NCBI RefSeq assembly: GCF_009914755.1
Contig: NC_060925.1
Reading direction: 5' to 3' (one strand)
From: the human T2T-CHM13v2.0 reference genome, Homo sapiens
Length of the DNA stretch: 64,000 nucleotides
Under the pieces are notes generated by a model. The model worked only from the letters and a program-made list of their open reading frames with translations, was not told the DNA's origin and searched no databases. Of the stretch, positions 26,799-38,300 are shown one piece after another. Within the stretch, counting starts at the first letter, position 1. Each line of letters starts with the position of its first letter. The translations under genes and the position numbers were made by a program.

Positions 26799-29700
26799 TA
26801 GACAGAAGAATTCCCAGTAACTTCCTTGTGTTGTGTGTATTCAACTCACAGAGTTGAACGATCCTTTACACAGAGCAGACTTGAAACACTCTTTTTGTGG
26901 AATTTGCAAGTGGAGATTTCAGCCGCTTTGAGGTCAATGGTAGAAAAGGAAATATCTTCGTATAAAGACTAGACAGAATGATTCTCAGAAACTCCTTTGT
27001 GATGTGTGCGTTCAACTCACAGAGTTTAACCTTTCTTTTCATAGAGCAGTTAGGAAACACTCTGTTTGTAAAGTCTGCAAGTGGATATTCAGACCTCTTT
27101 GAGGCCTTCGTTGGAATCGGGATTTCTTCATATTATGCTAGACAGAATAATTCTCAGTAACTTCCTTGTGTTGTGTGTATTCAACTCACAGAGTTGAACG
27201 ATCCTTTACAGAGAGCAGACTTGAAACACTCTTTTTGTGGAATTTGCAAGTGGAGATTTCAGCCGCTTTGAGGTCAATGGTAGAATAGGAAATATCTTCC
27301 TATAGAAACTAGACAGAATGATTCCCAGAAACTCCTTTGTGATGTGTGCGTTCAACTCACAGAGTTTAACCTTTCTTTTCATAGAGCAGTTAGGAAACAC
27401 TCTGTTTGTAAAGTCTGCAAGGGGATATTCAGACCTCTTTGAGGCCTTCGTTGGAAACGGGATTTCTTCGTATTCTGCTAGATAGAAGAATTCTCAGTAA
27501 CTCCCTTGTGTTGTGTGTATTCAACTCACAGAGTTGAACGATCCTTTACAGAGAGCAGACTTGAAACACTCTTTTTGTGGAATTTGCAAGTGGAGATTTC
27601 AGCCGCTTTGAGGTCAATGGTAGAATAGGAAATATCTTCCTATAGAAACTAGACAGAATGATTCTCAGAAATTCCTTTGTGATGTGTGCGTTCAACTCAC
27701 AGAGTTTAACCTTTCTTTTCATAGAGCAGTTAGGAAACACTCTGTTTGTAAAGTCTGCAAGTGGATATTCAGACCTCTTTGAGGCCTTCGTTGGAAACGG
27801 GATTTCTTCATATTCTGCTAGACAGAAGAATTCTCAGTAACTTCCTTGTGTTGTGTGTATTCAACTCACAGAGTTGAACGATCCTTTACACAGAGCAGAC
27901 TTGAAACACTCTTTTTGTGGAATTTGCAAGTGGAGATTTCAGCCGCTTTGAGGTCAATAGTAGAAAAGGAAATATCTTCGTAGAAAAACTAGACAGAATG
28001 ATTCTCAGAAACTCCTTTGTGATGTGTGTGTTCAACTCACAGAGTTTAACCTTTCTTTTCATAGAGCAGTTAGTTAACACTATGTTTATAAAGTCTGCAA
28101 GTGGATATTCAGACCCCTTTGAGGCCTTCGTTGGAAACGGGATTTCTTCATATTATGCTAGACAGAAGAATTCTCAGTAACTCCCTTGTGTTGTGTGTAT
28201 TCAACTCACAGAGTTGAACGATCCTTTACAGAGAGCAGACTTGAAACACTCTTTTTGTGGAATATGCAAGTGGAGATTTCAGCCGCTTTGAGGTCAATAG
28301 TAGAAAAGGAAATATCTTCGTAGAAAAACTAGACAGAATGATTCTCAGAAACTCCTTTGTGATGTGTGTGTTCAACTCACAGAGTTTAACCTTTCTTTTC
28401 ATAGAGCAGTTAGTAAACACTCTGTTTATAAAGTCTGCAAGTGGATATTCAGACCCCTTTGAGGCCTTCTTTGGAAACGGGATTTCTTCATATTATGCTA
28501 GACAGAAGAATTCTCAGTAACTTCCTTGTGTTGTGTGTATTCAACTCACAGAGTTTAACGATCCTTTACAGAAAGCAGACTTGAAACACTCTTTTTGTGG
28601 TATTTGCAAGTGGAGATTTCAGCCGCTTTGAGGTCAATGGTAGAATAGGAAATATCTTCCTATAGAAACTAGACATAATGATTCTCAGAAACTCCTTTGT
28701 GATGTGTGCGTTCAACTCACAGAGTTTAACCTTTCTTTTCATAGAGCAGTGAGGAAACACTCTGTTTGTAAAGTCTGCAAGTGGATATTCAGACCTCTTT
28801 GAGGCCTTCGTTGGAAACGGGATTTCTTCATATTCTGCTAGACAGAAGAATTCTCAGTAACTTCCTTGTGTTGTGTGTATTCAACTCACAGAGTTGAACG
28901 ATCCTTTACACAGAGCAGACTTGAAACACTCTTTTTGTGGAATTTGCAAGTGGAGATTTCAGCCGCTTTGAGGTCAATAGTAGAAAAGGAAATATCTTCG
29001 TAGAAAAACTAGACAGAATGATTCTCAGAAACTCCTTTGTGATGTGTGAGTTCAACTCACAGAGTTTAACCTTTCTTTTCATAGAGCAGTTAGGAAACAC
29101 TCTGTTTGTAAAGTCTGCATGTGGATATTCAGACCTCCTTGAGGCCTTCGTTGGAAACGGGATTTCTTCATATTCTGCCAGACAGAAGAATTCTCAGTAA
29201 CTTCCTTGTGTTGTGTGTATTCAACTCACAGAGTTGAACGATCCTTTACACAGAGCAGACTTGAAACACTCTTTTTGTGGAATTTGCAAGTGGAGATTTC
29301 AGCCGCTTTGAGGTCAATGGTAGAAAAGGATATATCTTCGTATAAAGACTAGACAGAATGATTCTCAGAAACTCCTTTGTGATGTGTGCGTTCAACTCAC
29401 AGAGTTTAACCTTTCTTTTCATAGAGCAGTTAGGAAACACTCTGTTTGTAAAGTCTGCAAGTGGATATTCAGACCTCCTTGAGGCCTTCGTTGGAAACGG
29501 GATTTCTTCATATTCTGCTAGACAGAAGAATTCTCAGTAACTTCCTTGTTTTGTGTGTATTCAACTCACAGAGTTGAACGATCCTTTACAGAGAGCAGAC
29601 TTGAAACACTCTTTTTGTGGAATTTGCAAGTGGAGATTTCAGCCGCTTTGAGGTCAATGGTAGAATAGGAAATATCTTCCTATAGAAACTAGACAGAATG

Positions 29701-30198
29701 ATTCTCAGAAACTCCTTTGTGATGTGTGCGTTCAACTCACAGAGTTCAACCTTTCTTTTCATAGAGCAGTTAGGAAACACTCTGTTTGTAAAGTCTGCAA
29801 GTGGATATTCAGACCTCTTTGAGGCCTTCGTTGGAAACGGGATTTCTTCATATTCTGCTAGACAGAAGAATTCTCAGTAACTTCCTTGTGTTGTGTGTAT
29901 TCAACTCACAGAGTTGAACGATCCTTTACACAGAGCAGACTTGAAACACTCTTTTTGTGGAATTTGCAAGTGGAGATTTCAGCCGCTTTGAGGTCAATAG
30001 TAGAAAAGGAAATATCTTCGTAGAAAAACTAGACAGAATCATTCTCAGAAACTCCTATGTGATGTGTGTGTTCAACTCACAGAGTTTAACCTTTCTTTTC
30101 ATAGAGCAGTTAGTAAACACTCTGTTTATAAAGTCTGCAAGTGGATATTCAGACCCCTTTGAGGCCTTCGTTGGAAACGGGATTTCTTCATATTATGC
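26799..30198 (+). repeat. Run of 10 generic 340-bp dimers with no B or C dimer
   Basis: Minus-strand ORF coordinates step by exactly 340 bp from 26866 to 29586, and no full B or C dimer occurs until 30199. Confidence 0.85.
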
Positions 30199-30918
30199 TA
30201 GACAGAAGAATTCTCAGTAACTTCCTTGTGTTGTGTGTATTCAACTGACAGAGTTGAACTTTCATTTAGAGAGAGCAGATTTGAAACACTGTTTTTGTGG
30301 AATTTGCAAGTGGAGATTTCAAGCGCTTTGGGGCCAAAGGCAGAAAAGGAAATATCTTCGTATAAAAACTAGACAGAATCATTCTCAGAAACTGCTGCGT
30401 GATGTGTGCGTTCAACTATCAGAGTTTAACTTTTCTTTTCATTCAGCGGTTTGGAAACACTCTGTTTGTAATGTCTGCACGTGGATATTTTGACCATTTA
30501 GAGTTTAACCTTTCTTTTCATAGAGCAGTTAGGAAACACTCTGTTTATAAAGTCTGCAAGTGGATATTCAGACCCCTTTGAGGCCTTCGTTGGAAACGGG
30601 ATTTCTTCATATTATGCTAGACAGAAGAATTCTCAGTAACTTCCTTGTGTTGTGTGTATTCAACTGACAGAGTTGAACTTTCATTTAGAGAGAGCAGATT
30701 TGAAACACTGTTTTTGTGGAATTTGCACGTGGAGATTTCAAGCGCTTTGGGGCCAAAGGCAGAAAAGGAAATATCTTCGTATAAAAACTAGACAGAATCA
30801 TTCTCAAAAACTGCTGCGTGATGTGTGCGTTCAACTCTCAGAGTTTAACTTTTCTTTTCATTCAGCGGTTTGGAAACACTCTGTTTGTAAAGTCTGCACG
30901 TTGATATTTTGACCACTT
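30081..30918 (+). repeat. Out-of-register 419-bp tandem repeat with junction at 30500
   Basis: GACCATTT-AGAG-TTTAACCTTTC joins the end of a B monomer to the middle of an A3-type monomer. AGAG lies at 30081, 30500 and 30919, and ORFs 30233 and 30652 are 419 apart. Confidence 0.92.
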
Positions 30919-33900
30919 AGAGGCCTTCGTTGGAAACGGGTTTTTTTCATGTAAGGCTAGACAGAAGAATTCCCAGTAACTTCCTTGTGTTGTGTGCATT
31001 AAACTCACATAGTTGAACGTTTCCTTAGACAGAGCTGAATTGAAACACGCTATTTGTGCAATTTGCAAGTGTAGATTTCAAGCGCTTTAAGGTCAATGGC
31101 AGAAAAGGAAATATCTTCGTTTCAAAACTAGACAGAATCATTCCCACAAACTGCGTTGTGATGTGTTCGTTCAACTCACAGAGTTTAACCTTTCTGTTCA
31201 TAGAGCAGTTAGGAAACACTCTGTTTGTAAAGTCTGTAAGTGGATATTCTGACATCTTGTGGCCTTCGTTGGAAACGGGATTTCTTCATATTCTGCTAGA
31301 CAGAAGAATTCTCAGTAACTTCCTTGTGTTGTGTGTATTCAACTCACGGAGTTGAACGATCCTTTACACAGAGCAGACTTGAAACACTCTTTTTGTGGAA
31401 TTTGGAAGTGGAGATTTCAGCCGCTTTGAGGTCAATGGTAGAATAGGGAATATCTTCGTATAAAGACTAGACAGAATGATTCTCAGAAACTCCTTTGTGA
31501 TGTGTGCGTTCAACTCACAGAGTTTAACTTTTCTTTTCATAGAGCAGTTAGGAAACACTCTGTTTGTAAAGTGTGCAAGTGGATATTCAGACCTCTTTGA
31601 GGCCTTCGTTGGAAACGGGATTTCTTCATATTATGCTAGACAGAATAATTCTCAGTAACTTCCTTGTGTTGTGTGTATTCAACTCACAGAGTTCAACGAT
31701 CCTTTACAGAGAGCAGACTTGAAACACTCTTTTTGTGGAATTTGCAAGTGGAGATTTCAGCCGCTTTGAGGTCAATGGTAGAATAGGAAATATCTTCCTA
31801 TAGAAACTAGACAGAATGATTCTCAGAAACTCCTTTGTGATGTGTGCGTTCAACTCACAGAGTTTAACCATTCTTTTCATAGAGCAGTTAGGAAACACTC
31901 TGTTTGTAAAGTCTGCAAGTGGATATTCAGACCTCCTTGAGGCCTTCGTTGGAAACGGGATTTCTTCATATTCTGCTAGACAGAAGAATTCTCAGTAACT
32001 TCCTTGTGTTGTGTGTATTCAACTCACAGAGTTGAACGATCCTTTACACACAGCAGACTTGAAACACTCTTTTTGTGTAATTTGCAACTGGAGATTTCAG
32101 CCGCTTTGAGGCCAATAGTAGAAAAGGAAGTATCTTCGTAGAAAAACTAGACAGAATGATTCTCAGAAACTCCTTTGTGATGTGTGTGTTCAACTCACAG
32201 AGTTTCACCTTTCTTTTCATAGAGCAGTTAGGAAACACTCTGTTTGTAAAGTCTGCAAGTGGATATTCAGACCTCCTTGAGGCCTTCGTTGGAAACGGGA
32301 TTTCTTCATATTCTGCTAGACAGAAGAATTCTCAGTAACTTCCTTGTGTTGTGTGTATTCAACTCACAGAGTTGAACGATCCTTTACAGAGAGCAGACTT
32401 GAAACACACTTTTTGTGGAATTTGCAAGTGGAGTTTTCAGCCGCTTTGAGGTCAATTGTAGAAAAGGAAATATCTTCGTATAAAGACTAGACAGAATGAT
32501 TCTCAGAAACTCCATTGTGATGTGTGCGTTCAAATCACAGAGTTTAACTTTTCTTTTCATATAGCAGTTAGGAAACACTCTGTTTGTAAAGTCTGCAAGT
32601 GGATATTCAGACCTCTTTGAGGCCTTCGTTGGAAACGGGATTTCTTCATATTATGCTAGACAGAATATTTCTCAGTAACTTCCTTGTGTTGTGTGTATTC
32701 AACTCACAGAGTTGAACGATCCTTTACACAGAGCAGACTTGAAACACTCTTTTTGTGGAATTTGCAAGTGGAGATTTCAGCCGCTTTCAGGTCAATGGTA
32801 GAATAGGAAATATCTTCCTATAGAAACTAGACAGAATGATTCTCATAAACTCCTTTGTGATGTGTGCGTTCAACTCACAGAGTTAAACCTTTCTTTTCAT
32901 AGAGCAGTTAGTAAACACTCTGTTTGGAAAGTCTGCAAGTGGATATTCAGACCTCTTTGAGGCCTTCGTTGGAAACGGGATTTCTTCATATTCTGCTAGA
33001 CAGAAGAATTCTCAGTAACTTCCTTGTGCTGTGTGTATTCAACTCACAGAGTTGAACGATCCTTTACACAGAGCAGACTTGAAACACTCTTTTTGTGGAA
33101 TTTGCAAGTGGAGATTTCAGCCGCTTTGAGGTCAATAGTAGAAAAGGAAATATCTTCGTAGAAAAACTAGACAGAGTGATTCTCAGAAACTCCTTTGTGA
33201 TGTGTGTGTTCAACTCACAGAGTTTAACCTTTCTTTTCAAGAGCAGTTAGTAAACAATCTGTTTATAAAGTCTGCAAGTGGATATTCAGACCCCTTTGAG
33301 GCCTTCGTTGGAAACGGGATTTCTTCATATTATGCTAGACAGAAGAATTCTCAGTAACTTCCTTGTGTTGTGTGTATTCAACTGACAGAGTTGAACTTTC
33401 ATTTAGAGAGAGCAGATTTGAAACACTGTTTTTGTGGAATTTGCAAGTGGAGATTTCAAGCGCTTTGGGGCCAAAGGCAGAAAAGGAAATATCTTCGTAT
33501 AAAAACTAGACAGAATCATTCTCAGAAACTGCTGCGTGATGTGTGCGTTCAACTCTCAGAGTTTAACTTTTCTTTTCATTCAGCGCTTTGGAAACACTCT
33601 GTTTGTAAAGTCTGCACGTGGATATTTTGACCACTTAGAGGCCTTCGTTGGAAACGGGTTTTTTTCATGTAAGGCTAGACAGAAGAATTCCCAGTAACTT
33701 CCTTGTGTTGTGTGCATTAAACTCACATAGTTGAACGTTTCCTTAGACAGAGCTGAATTGAAACACGCTATTTGTGCAATTTGCAAGTGTAGATTTCAAG
33801 CGCTTTAAGGTCAATGGCAGAAAAGGAAATATCTTCGTTTCACAACTAGACAGAATCATTCCCACAAACTGCGTTGTGATGTGTTCGTTCAACTCACAGA

Positions 33901-35373
33901 GTTTAACCTTTCTGTTCATAGAGCAGTTAGGAAACACTCTGTTTGTAAAGTCTGTAAGTGGATATTCTGACATCTTGTGGCCTTCGTTGGAAACGGGATT
34001 TCTTCATATTCTGCTAGACAGAAGAATTCTCAGTAACTTCCTTGTGTTGTGTGTATTCAACTCACAGAGTTGAACGATCCTTTACACAGAGCAGACTTGA
34101 AACACTCTTTTTGTGGAATTTGCAAGTGGAGATTTCAGCCGCTTTGAGGTCAATGGTAGAAAAGGAAATATCTTCGTATAAAGACTAGACAGAATGATTC
34201 TCAGAAACTCCTTTGTGATGTGTGCGTTCAACTCACAGAGTTTAACTTTTCTTTTCATAGAGCAGTTAGGAAACACTCTGTTTGTAAAGTGTGCAAGTGG
34301 ATATTCAGACCTCTTTGAGGCCTTCGTTGGAAACGGGATTTCTTCATATTATGCTAGACAGAATAATTCTCAGTAACTTCCTTGTGTTGTGTGTATTCAA
34401 CTCACAGAGTTCAACGATCCTTTACAGAGAGCAGACTTGAAACACTCTTTTTGTGGAATTTGCAAGTGGAGATTTCAGCCGCTTTGAGGTCAATGGTAGA
34501 ATAGGAAATATCTTCCTATAGAAACTAGACAGAATGATTCTCAGAAACTCCTTTGTGATGTGTGCGTTCAACTCACAGAGTTTAACCATTCTTTTCATAG
34601 AGCAGTTAGGAAACACTCTGTTTGTAAAGTCTGCAAATGGATATTCAGACCTCCTTGAGGCCTTCGTTGGAAACGGGATTTCTTCATATTCTGCTAGACA
34701 GAAGAATTCTCAGTAACTTCCTTGTGTTGTGTGTATTCAACTCACAGAGTTGAACGATCCTTTACACAGAGCAGACTTGAAACACTCTTTTTGTGTAATT
34801 TGCAACTGGAGATTTCAGCCGCTTTGAGGCCAATAGTAGAAAAGGAAGTATCTTCGTAGAAAAACTAGACAGAATGATTCTCAGAAACTCCTTTGTGATG
34901 TGTGTGTTCAACTCACAGAGTTTCACCTTTCTTTTCATAGAGCAGTTAGGAAACACTCTGTTTGTAAAGTCTGCAAGTGGATATTCAGACCTCCTTGAGG
35001 CCTTCGTTGGAAACGGGATTTCTTCATATTCTGCTAGACAGAAGAATTCTCAGTAACTTCCTTGTGTTGTGTGTATTCAACTCACAGAGTTGAACGATCC
35101 TTTACACAGAGCAGACTTGAAACACTCTTTTTGTGGAATTTGCAAGTGGAGATTTCAGCCGCTTTGAGGTCAATAGTAGAAAAGGAAATATCTTCGTAGA
35201 AAAACTAGACAGAGTGATTCTCAGAAACTCCTTTGTGATGTGTGTGTTCAACTCACAGAGTTTAACCTTTCTTTTCAAGAGCAGTTAGTAAACAATCTGT
35301 TTATAAAGTCTGCAAGTGGATATTCAGACCCCTTTGAGGCCTTCGTTGGAAACGGGATTTCTTCATATTATGC
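30618..35373 (+). repeat. 16-mer unit (2718 bp) followed by a 12-mer copy (2038 bp) lacking two dimers
   Basis: ORF offsets 30652/33370, 31025/33743 and 32044/34762 are 2718. Shared private variants: CATTAAACTCACATAG, AAAGTGTGCAAG, TTTAACCATTC, GTGTAATTTGCAACTGG, GAGGCCAATAG. Confidence 0.88.
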
Positions 35374-38300
35374 TAGACAGAAGAATTCTCAGTAACTTCC
35401 TTGTGTTGTGTGTATTCAACTGACAGAGTTGAACTTTCATTTAGAGAGAGCAGATTTGAAACACTGTTTTTGTGGAATTTGCAAGTGGAGATTTCAAGCG
35501 CTTTGGGGCCAAAGGCAGAAAAGGAAATATCTTCGTATAAAAACTAGACAGAATCATTCTCAGAAACTGCTGCGTGATGTGTGCGTTCAACTCTCAGAGT
35601 TTAACTTTTCTTTTCATTCAGCGGTTTGGAAACACTCTGTTTGTAAAGTCTGCACGTGGATATTTTGACCACTTAGAGGCCTTCGTTGGAAACGGGTTTT
35701 TTTCATGTAAGGCTAGACAGAAGAATTCCCAGTAACTTCCTTGTGTTGTGTGTATTCAACTCACAGAGTTGAACGATCCTTTACACAGAGCAGACTTGAA
35801 ACACTCTTTTTGTGGAATTTGCAAGTGGAGATTTCAGCCGCTTTGAGGTCAATGGTAGAAAAGGAAATATCTTCGTATAAAGACTAGACAGAATGATTCT
35901 CAGAAACTCCTTTGTGATGTGTGCGTCCAACTCACAGAGTTTACCTTTTCTATTCATAGAGCAGTTAGGAAACACTCTGTTTGTAAAGTGTGCAAGTGGA
36001 TATTCAGACCTCTTTGAGGCCTTCGTTGGAAACGGGATTTCTTCATATTCTGCTAGACAGAAGAATTCTCAGTAACTTCCTTGTGTTGTGTGTATTCAAC
36101 TCACAGAGTTGAACGATCCTTTACACAGAGCAGACTTGAAACACTCTTTTTGTGGAATTTGCAAGTGGAGATTTCAGCCGCTTTGAGGTCAATGGTAGAA
36201 TAGGAAATTTCTTCCTATAGAAACTAGACAGAATGATTCTCATAAACTCCTTTGTGTTGTGTGCGTTCAACTCACAGAGTTTAACCTTTCTTTTCATAGA
36301 GCAGTTAGGAAACACTCTGTTTGTAAAGTCTGCAAGTGGATATTCAGACCTCTTTGAGGCCTTCGTTGGAAACGGGATTTCTTCATATTATGCTAGACAG
36401 AAGAATTCTCAGTAACTTCCTTGTGTTGTGTGTATTCAACTGACAGAGTTGAACTTTCATTTAGAGAGAGCAGATTTGAAACACTGTTTTTGTGGAATTT
36501 GCAAGTGGAGATTTCAAGCGCTTTGGGGCCAAAGGCAGAAAAGGAAATATCTTCGTATAAAAACTAGACAGAATCATTCTCAGAAACTGCTGCGTGATGT
36601 GTGCGTTCAACTCTCAGAGTTTAACTTTTCTTTTCATTCAGCGGTTTGGAAACACTCTGTTTGTAAAGTCTGCACGTGGATATTTTGACCACTTAGAGGC
36701 CTTCGTTGGAAACGGGTTTTTTTCATGTAAGTCTAGACAGAAGAATTCCCAGTAACTTCCTTGTGTTGTGTGCATTCAACTCACAGAGTTGAACGTTCCC
36801 TTAGACAGAGCAGATTTGAAACACTCTATTTGTGCAATTTGCAAGTGTAGATTTCAAGCGCTTTAAGGTCAATGGCAGAAAAGGAAATATCTTCGTTTCA
36901 AAACTAGACAGAATCATTCCCACAAACTGCGTTGTGATGTGTTCGTTCAACTCACAGAGTTTAACCTTTCTGTTCATAGAGCAGTTAGGAAACACTCTGT
37001 TTGTAAAGTCTGCAAGTGGGTATTCAGACCTCCTTGAGGCCTTCGTTGGAAACGGGATTTCTTCATATTCTGCTAGACAGAAGAATTCTCAGTAACTTCC
37101 TTGTGTTGTGTGTATTCAACTCACAGAGTTGAACGATCCTTTACACAGAGCAGACTTGAAACACTCTTTTTGTGGAATTTGCAGGTGGAGATTTCAGCCG
37201 CTTTGAGGTCAATGGTAGAAAAGGAAATATCTTCGTATAAAGACTAGACAGAATGATTCTCATAAACTCCTCTGTGATGTGTGCGTTGAACTCACAGAGT
37301 TTAACTTTTCTTTTCATAGAGCAGTTAGGAAACACTCTGTTTGTAAAGTCTGCAAGTGGATATTCAGACGTCTTTGAGGCCTTCGTTGGAAACGGGATTT
37401 CTTCATATTATGCTAGACAGAATAATTCTCAGTAACTTCCTTGTGTTCTGTGTATTCAACTCACAGAGTTGAACGATCCTTTACAGAGAGCAGACTTGAA
37501 ACACTCTTTTTGTGGAATTTCCAATTGGAGATTTCAGCCGCTTTGAGGTCAATCGTAGAATAGGAAATCTCTTCCTATAGAAATTAGATAGAACGATTCT
37601 CAGAAACTCCTTTGTGATGTGTGCGTTCAACTCACAGAGTTTAACCTTTCTTTTCATAGAGCAGTTAGGAAACACTCTGTTTGTAAAGTCTGCAAGTGGA
37701 TATTCAGACCTCCTTGAGGCCTTCGTTGGAAACGGGATTTCTTCATATTCTGCTAGACAGAAGAATTCTCAGTAACTTCCTTGTGTTGTGTGTATTCAAC
37801 TCACAGAGTTGAACGATCCTTTACACAGAGCAGACTTGAAACACTCTTTTTGTGGAATTTGCAAGTGGAGATTTCAGCCGCTTTGAGGTCAATGGTAGAA
37901 AAGGAAACTATCTTCGTATAAAGACTAGACAGAATGATTCCCACAAAATCCTTTGTGATGTGTGCGTTCAACTCACAGAGTTTAACTTTTCTTTTCATAG
38001 AGCAGTTAGGAAACACTCTGTTTGTAAAGTCTGCAAGTGGATATTCAGACCTCTTTGAGGCCTTCGTTGGAAACGGGATTTCTTCATATTCTGCTAGACA
38101 GAATAATTCTCAGTAACTTCCTTGTGTTGTGTGTATTCAACTCACAGAGTTGAACGATCCTTTACAGAGAGCAGACTTGAAACACTCTTTTTGTGGAATT
38201 TGCAAGTGGAGATTTCAGCCGCTTTGAGGTCAATAGTAGAAAAGGAAATATCTTCGTAGAAAAACTAGACAGAGTGATTCTCAGAAACTCCTTTGTGATG

